Below, in pieces: positions 1 through 13,335 of a DNA stretch of 64,000 nt. The stretch lies in contig NIVC01002407.1 of NCBI GenBank assembly GCA_002269645.1, positions 1 to 64,000 of the forward strand, written 5' to 3'. The translations under genes were made by a program, and so were the position numbers. Source of the DNA: Macrostomum lignano (lineage: Eukaryota). Positions within the stretch are counted from its first letter, which is position 1. Every line of letters starts with the position of its first letter. The notes beneath the pieces were generated by a model that worked only from the letters and a program-made list of their open reading frames with translations, searched no databases and was not told where the DNA came from.

Positions 1-139
1 CAGTGGATCAAGGACGAGGTCAAGGTCAAGATAAACTAAAGTTTTTAGGATTAAACTAAGGATTAAACTATCGCTAACATAGTTTAATTTTGTATTATTA
101 CATAAATCCAGGAAAGTAAACTGAGAGTGCTACAGGGGC

Positions 140-490
140 GGCGTTCTGGGGAAGGGTGCTAGAGAGGGAAAGGGACGCGAGAGGGGAAAGGGGTGTTAAA
201 GGGGGGTGCTAGAGGGGAAAGTTGTGTTAGAGGGGGATGCTGGAGGGAAAAGGGGTACTAAAGGAGGAGGGGTTCTAGAGGGGAGGCGTGCTAAAGGTGC
301 TAGAGGGAGGAAGGGGTGCTAGATGGGAAAGGGTGCTGGAGGGGAAATGGGGTGCTAGAGGGGAAGAGGTGCTAGAGGAGAAAGGGGTGCTAGAGGGGGA
401 AAGGGTGCTAGAGGGGTAGGAGTGCTAGAGGGGGAAAGGGGTGCTAGAGGGGAAAGGGTGCTAGAGCGTGAAGAGTTGCTAGAGGGAAAA
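140..490. repeat. Degenerate purine-rich minisatellite (~18-21 bp, consensus like GGTGCTAGAGGGGAAAG)
   Basis: Repeated GGTGCTAGAG(G)nAAAG motif visible throughout 140-490. Confidence 0.8.
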
Positions 491-2000
491 GATGAATAGA
501 GCCTTAAGAGTTGCGTCGTGGCCAGATAACAATGATACGAGCGTACCCATAGTTAAGCAATTGAGCTTCGGTATTTAATACCAGACCAGGAAGCTATAAT
601 CCACGCATCGCTCCATAAATTGCTCTAAAAATACATCCCTTCATCCTCCACTGATGCAGCAGCTACTGCACTGCACCCTGGCTCTTTCCCTGTTCCAGAT
701 TTTTTTAGCAGCAGCTCATGTTTTCTTTCCAAATATATCTGTCTGGCTTCACTCCTCTCTAATATTCCCCGTTTTGGCATCGCTAAGCAAACAGCCCCCT
801 TCGCTCTCTTCACTCACACTGGGGCCCTCGTCATCCGGGTTTTCTATAGAAACTGGGAATGCGCGATGTGGGTAAATAAACGGCGGGATGCAGCCAGAGC
901 AGGAGCACTGAGAAAGTGCAAGAGGGGAGAGAGAAGTGACTAATAGACAGGAGAGTTAATACTGCAATAGTTGACGGAACTTGTAGAGGGCGAGGAATAA
1001 GGAATGGCAACGAGGAAGCTTGGACTTTCCGTGGCGAGGGGGGGTATTCAAGCACGTGACATTAGGGCAGGGACTGTCGACGCACGACTCAACTATGCTC
1101 AGATCTCCGCCAGCAGTCCGGTTGCCTAGGCAACCCAACTCAAACTCCTGCCTGTCTATACTGTAATTCTGCCAGCGAGGAAGCTGGAAATCCGCGGCCC
1201 TGCCAGACGTCACGTGACAATGGTGAAAAGGTAAATTAATATAATTAAGACAAAGCAAAAAGAAAGTAACGGGACGAATGTACGAGAGAGGGGTTCAATT
1301 CTCGTGAACCTCGTTTAGCCCCGGAAGTTTTGAAAACTCAATCATTGGAGAGCCACTCAGATTAATAAATGGGATTTGGCGGTAAAGGAAAACGCGGTAA
1401 AAATGAATTATTGAAAAAATTCAATTTCAATCTAGGGAATACGAGCTCTGAGGCAGTTTAACATTTCAATTACCCATTACTGTATGAGCATGCATTTGGT
1501 ATTGAATTTTCCCTTTTAAAATACTCAACTTACAGCGCTTTTTATTTTATTGAGCCACTCATGCCCGATTCAAGGATTAATGAATCACATCTCTAATATA
1601 CACGCCAGCTATTTCAAAGCGTGAACCGCTAGGGACAATGGAGCTACGGCTAATTAAGATAAGCTCTTAATTCAATGCAGCTCCGCCCCGAATCAGAGAG
1701 CAATTCTTCTGAAAGCTCAAAGAGAGCTGTTGTTCTTCTCTTGTGCCATATGAACGAGCACTTTTAAGCAGAGTCCTCGTCCTTGTTTGTTCCCAACATG
1801 ATGATGATCACACAGCTTGCAAGTAATTTTAAATCAGTGGTGCGATCTTATGCCCTGGCTCTATAGAAAACTGTTTATATAGAAAACTAAATATGAATTA
1901 ATGGAATAGTGAAATCCACAGATACTGTATAACCTATCAGATAGGTGTATCACTCCAGCATTCGCTAATGCACTTTGGCGGCCGTCTCCAATGCCCACAC

Positions 2001-2395
2001 CTGGGGTTAAGGCCACATACACTAGCTAATGTTGCCAATGCTTGAGAGCAGCAGAAGCTACAGTCTATGGTCTTAACTCCGGGGTTAGGGCCACAAACAC
2101 TAGCTAATGCTGCCAATGCTTGAGAGCAGCAGAAGCTACAGCCTATGGTCTTAACTCCGGGGTTAGGGCCACAAACACTAGCTAATGTTGCCAATGCTTG
2201 AGAGCAGCAGAAGCTACAGTCTATGGTCTTAACTCCGGGTTAGGGCCACAAACACTAGCTAATGCTGCCAATGCTTGAGAGCAGCAGAAGCTACAGTCTA
2301 TGGTCTTAACTCCGGGTTAGGGCCACAAACACTAGCTAATGCTGCCAATGCTTGAGAGCAGCAGAAGCTACAGCCTATGGTCTTAACCCCGGGGT
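2001..2395. repeat. 78-bp tandem repeat (~5 copies) inside the left arm of the TIR element
   Basis: TGAGAGCAGCAGAAGCTACAG recurs at ~78-bp spacing (2043, 2121, ...). It explains the 26-aa periodicity of ORF 1937..2194. Confidence 0.9.
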
Positions 2396-3291
2396 TTTCG
2401 CACTGCGGCCAGGCGAGTGAAATGGACCATCTAGGCAATATAATTTTAGAATCTATGGTGAAATCTAGGAAATGCAAGTACGGTCATACATTTTAATATG
2501 CGTAAATTTAGCATGGCTTCGAGGGACACAAAAGTGCCACTTATTTTCATATCGCAGCCAGTCGCAACCAGACGGGGTGGCTGCACGTCCTCGATGCCAT
2601 TCAGTGCGCTAGACTACAATGAACTTCATGACCTGCGCCTAATAGGGCACTTTGGAAGTATTTGCATGCAAAATTTTGTAGCCTCCCTTCCCTCTACAGA
2701 TGTACCAAATAATTCCACTATGCGCGCCGCGTTCTACAGAAAGCAATTTTTATAGAAAATTTTCTGGTCGCTTCTTCCGCTGAAATATGCAGGAAGAAGG
2801 CAGCGCAGACAGAGACGGAGGCATGGGAAATGTTTAATGACTGGGTGGCCAGCAGATATGAAATATGAAATGCATGGCCTTGCGACATTAGCTCTACGTA
2901 GCGCCTGTCGTGGCACGAATTCCACCCCGTGGCCTCTCCATAAAGGCGCGCAGCGGGCTTGACAATTGCAACAGCTGCATCGAGAGAAAGTTTTTTTATT
3001 GGAAGCTAAAAGCACCAGCTACGACTCGCGAGAATATACCGGTACTGAGCAAAGAAAAGTTGACAGACGGTGCAAAAGCTGGATTTCTGGGGGACAGACA
3101 TAATTTTGTGATTTAGAGTTGGCCTTAGGGCACTTTTTTGAACGGATGGAAAACTCTTAGATAAGCTCGTTGACTTTTTAAGAACAAAATTATGAAATTA
3201 ATCTATAAAAAAATTAATAAAACTTTAAACCGTCATTACATCTGCCCAAATGAGCAGATTTGCAACCATCAGCCGCAGCTATTGCTAAAGA

Positions 3292-3497
3292 CTGAAGACT
3301 GAAGACTGAAGACTGCATACTGCTGGGGGAGGGGGGTTGCCACATACACCAGCTAATGCTGGCACCTATTTACAGCTGGATGAACTAAATCAATGCAGAG
3401 GTAAGTGTCTTGCTAAGGACACAAATTGTTGCGGTGGGATCGGGAATCGAACCCCCAACCTTCAAGTCGGGAGTCCAACGCTTTAACCACTAGGCTG
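3292..3497 (-). mobile_element. tRNA-derived SINE (CORE-like body) with a (TTCAGTC)n tail
   Basis: Minus strand reads ...GCCTAGTGGTTAAAGCG (A box), GGTTCGATTCCC (B box), then GTGTCCTTAGCAAGACACTT typical of tRNA/CORE SINE bodies, ending in the simple repeat seen as (gactgaa)n on +. Confidence 0.7.
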
Positions 3498-6400
3498 AAA
3501 TTCCTAAGTGGAATTAAGAATTGAGCTGTGGCGTAGCCAAGCGGGGTCATAAGGGGTCATGATTCTTCCCCCAGACGACCGACGACCACTAAAGTTTTAA
3601 TCTTTACAATAGCCGAAAATAGGTGATAGGAACATGACATTCGCTAAATTATTATTTTAGTGACTGGGATGCCGCCTGATTATGTTAAAATGACATTGAC
3701 TATGGGTGTTGCGGCTGCAGTGCCAAAAGTACAGCCCTAGAAATGCCAGGCTAAAAAAGTACAACAAAGCAGTAAGCTGAGATGTTTTCGTGTTTTCGAA
3801 GACAACTGCATACAAAATGTCAAGCAACGTGCGTGTTTATATGCAAGGTTTGTATATAACGCTGCAAGAATCTGCTTGCGTTCGCCCAGTCTGACTAACC
3901 CACAGATTATATTTACTTACGAGTAGATGGGCCACTCTAGTCGCCTGGCTGCAGCGCGAAAACCCCAGGGTTTTGACCATAGACTATAGCTTCTGCTGTT
4001 CTAAAGCATTAGCAACAGCAGCTGGTGTCTGTGGCCCAAAACTCTGGGTTTTCGGGTCTCGGGGACGGCCGCTAAATACAATAGCGAATGCTGGAGTGAC
4101 ACATCTACGATCGTAGGTAATATAGAATCTGTGGACTAACCCTTGTACCCTTGGCCTAATTGTACATGCACGTAGTCTGCCAACGTTATTCAATCATCAC
4201 AGCGATGAACAATGCGACTTTGGAGACAAAGCCGAAGCAGCAACCGCGAGGGGTGACATTCGTTGCCAAAGCGCGGAAATGTATTATTCAGAAATGATTA
4301 TCTGGCGAAATATGAGCTCCGTGCTCTTATTGACTTCCGTTGGTTCAATTGTATTCTTTGTTCCTGGCTCAACATGAGCCATCTTCTCCGAATGGGATGG
4401 AGTGGATCAATAGGAATGAAAAGGCAAGAAGTGGAGATGAGACAATTGCAGTGGCAATAGCTATTGGAAAATAATAGTGCAAATGGGAGAGAAAGTTAGG
4501 AAAGCCTATTCTTGACTTCAATTCCATCCAAAGTCGCTGAAGTTTGTCGATACGCCTGCTAAACAATCGACCCATGCGAGCGATGACGCCCACGCAGGAA
4601 TGTAGAACTATGCTTTTGCTGTGTATGGAAATTCAGTTGGCATTTTTTTATCTGCATCTTGGGTTACCGCTTCGTGTTGCATAGCGAGCAAACAGTTGCT
4701 TGCGACAGTGGTAAGGGGGCTATAGCAGCTGCCAGTTGGATATAAAGGGTTTCTAACCTGTTTTCTAAGATGACTGCATTTAGCATTCAGTGCATTTTCA
4801 TTTCGAGTAGCTATACTAAATTCCACACCAATGCCTGCTGTGTTTTTACCAAATTCGCAAAGAAGTCTTTATCAAAAAATTGAACTCGTGATTCACTAGC
4901 CTTTGAACTTGAAGAAAAAAAATTCCATGGGGTGCCTTAGAGCATCCGTCCAAAGTATCGGCTCTTGAGCACGAAAGCAGTCCAGATAAGGCGCCGCTTT
5001 GAGATTAATAAAGCTTTGGAAGTAGCAAGCACTAAAGGAAAGTATTGCACTGGCATTGAAGAAACCGGTGCAAACTAGTTTTTCGAGCTGTTAGTGTCAA
5101 TATTTTGTTGATAAAAATTTCTACCCAAATTCCAATCTTTTTGGTGCAGAATTTGGACAAAAAGTAATGGACTGATTAAGATGCGCGGGGGCGACGCTAG
5201 AACTTGATTGATACAGTTGTTCGTGCTTCGTGTTTGCCTGTCAGGGCGCGTACACAATACTCCGTGGCATTAACAGTTTACGGGGGATTTTCTTCCTGCA
5301 GCTGCTCAAAAACGTTCAACAGACTAGTCTTTCTGTAGGCGTGCAGATCCCATCAGTGATGCTGTAGCTAATTTAATCAGGTCAGCACTGGAGCACACAA
5401 AGTTTTTTGATATTAGCGTACTCCAAATAACAAACAGAGAAACTAACAGTAGACAGCACTCAAAGCGTACCAGCTTTAGAAGCCAATAAGCGTATACGCT
5501 TATCTGCAGCGCGCTCTCTGCTTTGCAAATTGAGAATGGGCCAACTCAGGAGACAATAGAGGACAGCTATTTTGTGCAGTTGTGGCCGAGAGTCGAAATC
5601 CATTGCATACGATTGCACCGTCTGAACTCACTAAGAAGCAGAATGTCCCACCTCTAGTCCATATACGACCACAACCCGAAGAAATGAATTCACCCCAATG
5701 ACTGAACTCGCATTAAAAAAGCAGAGAAAGTCCAAGCTCCAAATTTATTCATTCATGTGAATGTAAAATGGACACAGCGTCCAAACAAATGAACAAGGTC
5801 ACTGACCAAAGTCGTGCTGATTGAAGGGTTTGAATTCTTGCCTTGAGAAGCAGCTGTGGACCAGTCTTAAAGTTGAGTTATGGGGACAGCGACACTGTAT
5901 TCCCTGCAGGTGTACACCTTACTGGAGCGATGCTAAAGTTCACAATCAGGAATTCGATGGAGGTGTTATGAGCCAATTAATCCAGAAGTACAAGTGTTTT
6001 GAAAGTGCACCCAAATTTCATGAGTGTCTCAATGGCCACTTTAACGCGATAAAATGTTGAGACAGTGCAGAATTAAGAAGTTAATTCAAAGGATAAGATT
6101 CCGACTAAAATTGCCTATGGCGCCCTTCTGGCTCTCAAAGAGAGATCAAAGAGAGTTCGCCTATCGTAACTTATCTGTGAGCACGAGACTAAATTATTTT
6201 GCTGGCAAGGCATAGCAGCTGCCCCCGAGGCACAACAAGACTCACACTTCGTTGCAGAATCTAAAGCGCGTCCACTTGAGCCTTGCAGCCCCTCCTCTTT
6301 AGCGTCCACCCACACAAAAGATAGTCAAGTGCATTGTGGGAGACTGCAGTAGCTGCACAATAGCATTCTGGCTGGTAGCATCTTGAGAACGGCGCCAAAC

Positions 6401-7699
6401 ATTCTTATTGTAAGCGCCGAGTCGGCGATGCATTGCTGGCACATACGCTCGTATCTAAAGCCCGTTTTATACCTGCTTAGCTTTGGAGTGACCGACTTTT
6501 CCATTTGGTTGGGGCCGCGAGAAGGGTTTTGAAGTGTATATACGACGGCAGATTGAGCTAGGCTAGGTGCACACAGAGAGCCGAAAGAGGGTGACGCAGG
6601 GCTGGCTGACTGACAGCTGCTATACAAATTCACACAAAAACGCCCGCCGCTCCTGTTCACAAACCCGTTCTCTTCGCGCAAGGCTTCAAGGGGGGGTTAT
6701 TCTACGCTTCGGGTTAGCGTGGCTGCTCCAAAGTGGAAGGTACATTGTAGATGTAGACGGCTGGATACGACTCTCGAGAGAAGGGGGAAGAACATAAGAC
6801 ATCATTGTTGCGGATAGTAACTAAGTAAACAAAGTGGCATGTCCTTCATGAGTACTCCAATGCTCAAAAATTACTCCAGGAGCTAAAACATTAGAGCAGC
6901 CCTACAAACTTGTGATGATGATACCCATTTTCTGGGATTCTGTTAAGAATCAAGTAGTGTCGGTTTAGATAACCAGGACTGTAATGCTCATTATTAAAAA
7001 ATTATGATAAACCATTAGCAAAAAAGCTACTGTAAGTAGTTTAATATTGAAAATTACGAGACTTTTCCACGGACAGTGAAAGCTCGTACCAAAAAGTGCC
7101 AGTTAGGAAGTTCAACAAGATTTCTAAGGATGGTGGGTCAGTAGTAAAGAAGTCAGTTCTAGGTGTTGTCAGAAAATATCAACTCAAAGTGAACTCAAGT
7201 TCTGTAGATGTGTGAAAGTAGCAATGATCGGAAGCGTTTGAACGCAGCATTAATGTTAGAAGGAACTGTAATATAAGCAAACAGTTGCGCAGGAAATGTA
7301 TTTGCAAACGGACGTAACTGACTGACGCCTTATGAAACCATTCCAGAGCAGATGAAAGTAATCAAAAATAACTATGATTGGTATCTATGCAAACTAAATA
7401 ATTCGAACGCAAGGCAAGTGGCACGCCTGAAAACACGCTTGAAAACAGTTAGATTGATGAATTGATATCAGCACAATATACAGAACTAATCAAATCAAAT
7501 GTTCATAGCGCTACTAGAAACTGCTATTTCAGAAACAGAATGCACAGGTGAAAAAAGTTGCCACCAAAGGAGGCATGTCATCCTAGCGACATCTGAGATC
7601 GTTGGGAAACTACTGGATATTATAGGAAAAAACTGATTGTACTCATAACCACTTGAATGCGTCCGCTAATCCTCCTATTAGTTTAGTATTTCAGTACCG

Positions 7700-8232
7700 A
7701 TAGACTACCTAATGTATTTCAGAAGATTACTTAAGATCTTTAAGTAGATTACCTAATGTATTTCAGTGGATTACCTAAGATCTTTCAGTAGATTACCTAA
7801 GGTATTTCAGTGGATTACCTAAGGTATTTCAGTAGATTACCTAAGGTATTTCAGTGGATTACCTAAGGTATTTCAGTGGATTACCTAAGATCTTTCAGTA
7901 GATTACCTAAGGTATTTCAGTGGATTACCTAAGGTATTTCAGTGGATTACCTAAGATCTTTCAGTAGATTACCTAAGGTATTTCAGTAGATTACCTAAGA
8001 TCTTTCAGTATATTACCTAAGGTATTTCAGTAGATTACCTAAGGTATTTCAGTAAATTACCTAAGGTATTTCAGTAGATTACCTAAGGTATTTCAGTAGA
8101 TTACTTAGGTATTTCAGTAGATTACCTAAGGTATTTCAGTAGATTACCTAAGGTATTTCAGTAGATTACCTAAGATATTTCAGTAGATTACCTAAGGTAT
8201 TTTAGTAGATTACCTAAGATCTTTCAGTAGAT
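7700..8232. repeat. 22-bp tandem repeat (TTCAGTAGATTACCTAAGGTAT), ~24 copies
   Basis: GATTACCTAA at 7791 and 7813 (period 22), continuing to ~8230; lies downstream of the HIBCH stop. Confidence 0.95.
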
Positions 8233-8362
8233 CACACCAATGTTCTCAGGCAATGAGCAGGGCACTTAGGTCCCTCACGGTTCATTGAGCATGTTACTTA
8301 AGTCTACTCCCCCCCCCGACCAATCAAACAGTAAGCAGTGCACAATGCCCTATGGGTCCAGC

Positions 8363-11202
8363 CTAGACCCGCTTAGTGTCCAACTGCAGCTCTCTGTCCG
8401 GTGGCAGCGGAGCAAAATACTCGTCCACAGCTTCGTCCGAGACTTCTTCAACGCTGGCCGGCCGCCAGACGGGCTGTCTGCGCTCGACCAGGGCGGCGCG
8501 GACTCCTTCAACAAAGTCGTGATTAGTCATGAATCGCTGGGAAATTCGGTACTCCATTTTGAGCACGCCGGCTAGATTAAGATGCATGCCAAGGCGCAGC
8601 TGGCGCAGGGTGACGCGCAGCGAAGTTGGCGACATTTTGCGCAGAGTCTCCAGCTGGGCTGCCGCCCAGCTAGACGGGTCCGAGCTCAGACTGGCCACCA
8701 CCTGCGGCATTGTGTCGTGCCGAAAGTGCCGCTCAATGTCGGCCATGTGGCGGTTCAGGCTGAACGGCACTCGCATGTCCAGGCTGCTGCAGGCCTCGAA
8801 CTGTTGCAGCAGCTCGGAGAGGCGCGACACGGTGCCTGGGAATCGGGAGAGAGAGGGTTCGAGTGCCCAATACTCTCAAGGTCTGATTATTCAATACATT
8901 GCTACTTGCTAGACAACGGATCTCATCTTTTCAGGCCGTTTAATAGATCACATCGTGCACACCAAGCCTTGAAGTAGATCCAAAGATCCCCTCAGGCCAT
9001 TCAGTGTATCCTTTCAGGTCTCTAGCATATCCCATTAGGTTCTTTAACAATTTCCTCAGGTCCTTGAGTAGATTTCTTAGGGTTTTGAGTAGATTTCTCA
9101 GGTCCTTAAGTAGATTTCTAAGGTTCCTCGAGTATAGATTTCTCAAGGATTTGAGTAGATTTCAAAGGTCCTAGAAAATACTCCTCAGGAACCTTCAATA
9201 GATCCTTCAAGACATTGAATAAATCCCTTAGGTTCTTGAGTAGATCCGTCAGGGCCTTGAGTTAATCCCATCATTTAATCCCCTCAGTTAATCAAGTACA
9301 TTTTCACACAGTACACATTACATAAAACGACTCGTTGAAACCCAAATAAGATTGTTGTTTATACCCAAAAAATCCTACAAAAAGAAAGGTCAGCAAAGAA
9401 AGACCTTATATGTTACAAAAGAATACAGTGAACTAGACTGCAATTCAGAGCAAAAAAATCTTTAAGACGCCATCTGGTTTCAAGCGTCACGAAAAGCAAT
9501 TAGCCGGGTCGGCCAGCAGACAACTAACGGGGTTGAGATTAAAACAAATTTCAACAGTTACATCCGAGGAAAAAAAGCGAACTGTGATGATTTTTATTTT
9601 TGTGAAAATTTGCCTAAAAAGTCTTTAATCTGCAAGACTGACTACTTAATAAGTAAAGTAACAAGAAAATTGAAGCGAAAAAACAACTATGAGCGAGTTT
9701 CTGAACAACTCACTAGTGACCAGCGACTCTGGATGACATTTTAACGAATCAAACGACTCTAATGCGACAGAGGCAAACTGCAGAGTCACGAGCGCATCAT
9801 GTTAAGTGCAGTCGTTGTGTCACTGTTTTTATCGGTGCTGAGTTTTTATCGTTAATGCTCTCGTCATCAGCCAACCCTGCGAGATAGGACTTCACATTTC
9901 TGCACCTCGTTATAAAAACATTCGCTTTATAAACGCTTTCCTTGCTACTAATCAGTACAAAGCTACTAATCAGCTACTCAGCCCAGCGTCACTCACCGAA
10001 GGAGTCCTCCTTCGTCAGCCACTCGCCTCCGCAGAGCCGCTCCTCCAGCTCAGCCAACTGCTCAGAGTTCACAAAGTGCGACGCGATGCCGCACTTCTTC
10101 ACGTCCTCGCCAGACAGACGGTGCCCAGTCAGCGCCAGGTACACGCCAATTTGGGCGTGCAATCGGGGCAGGAAGAAGCCGCCACCGACGTCCGGGAAGA
10201 AGCCAATGTTGGTCTCAGGCATGGCGAACACCTGGGCGATGCGGGTGTGCCATTTGCTGAGTCAGTGACAGATACTAACCCCACCCACACCTCAGTCAGT
10301 GACGGATACTAACCCCACCCACATCTGAGTCAGTGATGGATACTAACCTCACCCACACCTGAGTCAGTGATAGATACTAACCTCACCCACACCTAGATGC
10401 TAAATTTCAAACTTAATGGAATTTCCTCATAAAAAAGTTGGTCAGCCTTGGCTCTCACAGTTCGTTCAGTAGCCACCCGGTAGTCACCGTGAACTGATAG
10501 GCCCACGCCGCCGCCCATTGTGATGCCGTCAATGAAAGCAACGTAAGGCTTCTTATATGTGCCAATAGCGTGGTTCAGCGCGTACTCTTCTCTAAAGAAG
10601 TCGCGCGACAGGCTGCCGCCGGCTCGACCGGATCCGGCGCCAGTTTCGGCGCTTCTGGCGCTGACGCAGTCGTCAGCTATAGCGCGAATGTCGCCGCCGG
10701 CGCAGAAAGCCTTGAGAATTTTTTTAAGGGGATTTCTGCGTTGTAGGGGATCTGTAACCCTACAGAGAGTGTACATTCCCGATGATTAGACAGTCAGGGC
10801 TGCTGTACACCCTGTGTGAACCTGTGCATGAGTGCCTGCCTGCGTACAGTATTGGCGCCGAATTATGTCGCCGAAAGCTGATATAGGAGCTAGTGCATTG
10901 GAGAAGATATTAAAACATACCTTGCCACTGCCGGGCGCAGGCTTAATGAGCACCACAGCGACCTCGGGGTCGGCCTCCCAATCCAGAAGTCGCGGGTGCA
11001 TCGCCCGCACCATCGGCAGGCTGAGCGCATTCAATGCCTTCGGCCTGTTGAGCTCAATAACACCTGCGCAGCCGCGCCTGCTCAGCACAATATCCGGGTC
11101 ATTCCCAGCCGAGGATGTCGAACAAAACATTGCTGGCAGAAGGCAGCCAGGATGCTGCCTCGCCGCCAACTGAGGCAACTTTCGAAGCAAACAGAGAGCC
11201 AT
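8363..11202 (-). CDS. HIBCH: 3-hydroxyisobutyryl-CoA hydrolase, mitochondrial (crotonase superfamily); 4 exons, ~413 aa
   Basis: Exons 11202-10921, 10710-10459, 10231-9997 and 8835-8363 have GT-AG boundaries and compatible phases; total 1242 nt. Motifs: [67 protein letters not shown]...W.P. The Arg/Leu-rich N-terminus resembles a transit peptide. Confidence 0.95.
9040..9260. repeat. Degenerate 21-bp tandem repeat in HIBCH intron 3
   Basis: TTGAGTAGATTTCTCAGGTCC-like units; they give the LRNLLKD periodicity of ORF 8940..9146. Confidence 0.8.
10259..10392. repeat. 34-bp tandem repeat x4 in HIBCH intron 2
   Basis: GAGTCAGTGA...GATACTAACC units at 10259, 10293, 10327, 10361. Confidence 0.9.
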
Positions 11203-11719
11203 AACCAGCACAGGGTTGATAAACTGCTAGTTGCATAAGTTTTTTTTAAATTGCTATTTATTTATCAATATGCCAATTTGTTATGCTCATATTTATGCTA
11301 GCTAGGATATTAGCAATCATCCTATAGCATTAGTCAAAAACTATAAATTGATTTATAATCTTCTAAATTGTTTCATTATATATAGGACCTATATATGCAA
11401 ATGCAAATCTTAATATATTGCAATTGTTACAGGACAAGCAATGCACAACTAATATTAGATGTAAATTTGTCCAGTATGCCTTAAATTTTATTCTAGGACT
11501 CTAGGTGTCCTATTCCTATAAAGAGCCAAAGGTGTTATGTCTGAGACTAAAGTTATCTATGGCCATAGCTTGTGCAACATTCTAAATGTTATAGAGTATT
11601 GAAGCTTGCAGCACCAAACTTTTCAAGCGTAGTTGTAACAATTAATTTGGCCACTTGCCATCAAATAAAACATTTGATTTCTAACTTTACATTTGAGATC
11701 TTTGAGACTCAACATTGGC

Positions 11720-12796
11720 AACGAGGATGTCTAAAACCATTGAAGCCTTCAACATGGCACCCCCAAAAGAGCAGGAGCCTTATTTCAAAAGGTTTGAGCA
11801 AGCATTGATTGCTTAAGACATCAAGATAGATAAGCTGAAGCATGCAAATCTGCTGAGTTCAATTGGATCAGAAACCTACCAACTTCTCAGGGACTTGCTG
11901 GCACTAAAGAAGCCTAGTGAGGTTGCATTCCAAGATCTAAAGATTGCTTTAGAAGACTACTTTTCACTTGCACCTCTTATGATAGCTCAACACTTTCATT
12001 TTCACCAATGCAAGCAGAATGAAGGGGAGAGCATGGCCAACTTTCTAGCCAACTTATGGAAGCTATCAGAAAACTGCAAATTTGGCATCTATCTGAACAA
12101 GCTTTGGGATAGGTTTGTATACAGATTGGCCAATATTCAAATCTAAAAATAGCTACTATAAGAGAAAGAAGCAGACTGCACATTGCAAGCACTTTTTCAA
12201 TTAGCACAAACACTAGAGGCAAGATATGTCTCTTAAACTCAAGGCAGAAAATCACATGCAAGCAAGACAATAAGGCTAAATATCATTGTTGAAATAAAGA
12301 CAACTGCATAAGTAAACCTAGTGCAAGTTCAAATTAGCTACTTGCCACATGTCATAAAGTTAGATATATAGCCACTGCTTATTGCTTAGCTAGAACTTCT
12401 TACAGTGTACATAGCACTAAGGTATATTCAAAGGGGTCTAGAAAATCCTATCTACTAGAGGAAGATGCTTTTATAAATTTGAATAGGGCCTACAAGAGTT
12501 ATTAAAGTTTGTTCATTTATCAACATTAATGGATCAATCAAACATCAATCAAAGATAAGCCTCTATAGTTCTATAGGGCCTAGTTTTCTTCTAAGCCTCT
12601 ATAGACTTTAAGTTGGACTGCAAATTAACAATAAACCAACTTTTTTTAGAGTTTGACACTAGTAGTACTATTAGAATGATCTTAACTGTAAATAGACATG
12701 GTTAAGGCTAAACAAATTTCTATAGACAGGTGTGCAACTATCATTTCTGATAATATGATAGAAAATCTATTCCGATTTAGGCAGTAGGGAGAAAGA
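11720..12796 (+). mobile_element. Decayed Ty3/Gypsy LTR retrotransposon, gag to protease (left part)
   Basis: ORF 11895..12146 (LKKPSEVAFQDLKIALEDYFS.APLMIAQHFHFHQCKQNEGESMANFL..L..LSENCKFG...LWDRFV) matches Gypsy gag. A broken DTGA-like protease remnant followed by ATIISDNMIENLF lies at ~12720-12770. Many stops and frameshifts. Confidence 0.8.
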
Positions 12797-13269
12797 TCCT
12801 ATATACTAAAAATGAGTTGTCTGTATATGGGTATGCGATTGATTTCAGAAAAATTGGCTCAACCGATTTTCTTCAAACTTGCACCATTTGATCAGAAATT
12901 TTCCTGGGACGGTACATGCATCTTGGCTAAGAAATTGCTCAATGTTAAAGGGATTAAATATTCGAAAAACATGCTTTTTTGCAAAGGTCAAGCCAAATTT
13001 TTGACTTGAAATGCATTGTAAGAATGCTAGAGAAAAAACTGACTGGCTGAATTACAATTGTGATAAAGATTGCATCACAACAAGATGAAAACAGTGTCGA
13101 AAAAATGCAAACAAGACTTGATTGTAATTGCATAACCAATATTGCTAACTTGAATTGAGACTGATACTAGCTGACTGAGAAATTGATTATGTCATAACTT
13201 TTTACTCTGACTGACTTGCTATAAGAATTGAATTATAAAGGCCACAATTCATGTTCTCCAATTGAAAAG

Positions 13270-13335
13270 AGATAGCCTAGATGCAAACAGACTGGACTGC
13301 TAATGTAGCGACCTGGGTTCGAATCTTAGTAGTGC
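13270..13335 (+). other. Degenerate tRNA-like segment with Pol III A/B-box motifs in the Helitron head
   Basis: TAGCCTAGATG (A-box-like), GGACTGCTAAT (resembles the tRNA-Ser GCT anticodon arm), GGTTCGAATC (B box, 13316-13325). Homologous segments at ~20460 and ~34100-34160. Confidence 0.45.

Larger units (their letters stand above)
1925..4125. mobile_element. Non-autonomous TIR element (MITE/foldback-like) with ~200-bp imperfect inverted arms
   Basis: 1932-1990 (acctatcagataggtgtatcactccagcattcgcta...) is the reverse complement of ~4062-4118. 2330-2433 is the reverse complement of ~3924-4055. No transposase ORF inside; TSD not resolved. Confidence 0.65.

Noticed and set aside
625-1258. Short ORFs on both strands
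   Set aside because: No recognisable motifs, splice structure or codon bias.
4200-6800. Possible decayed non-LTR retrotransposon on the minus strand (ISYDRRTLFDL at ~6140-6170 resembles some LINE ORF2 starts; CYSPLTT resembles YRPI)
   Set aside because: I could not recover convincing endonuclease or RT motifs in any frame; it needs TBLASTX/HMM search against repeat libraries.
13270-13335. Functional tRNA-Ser gene
   Set aside because: The acceptor stem and variable arm do not form; kept only as a tRNA-derived relic.
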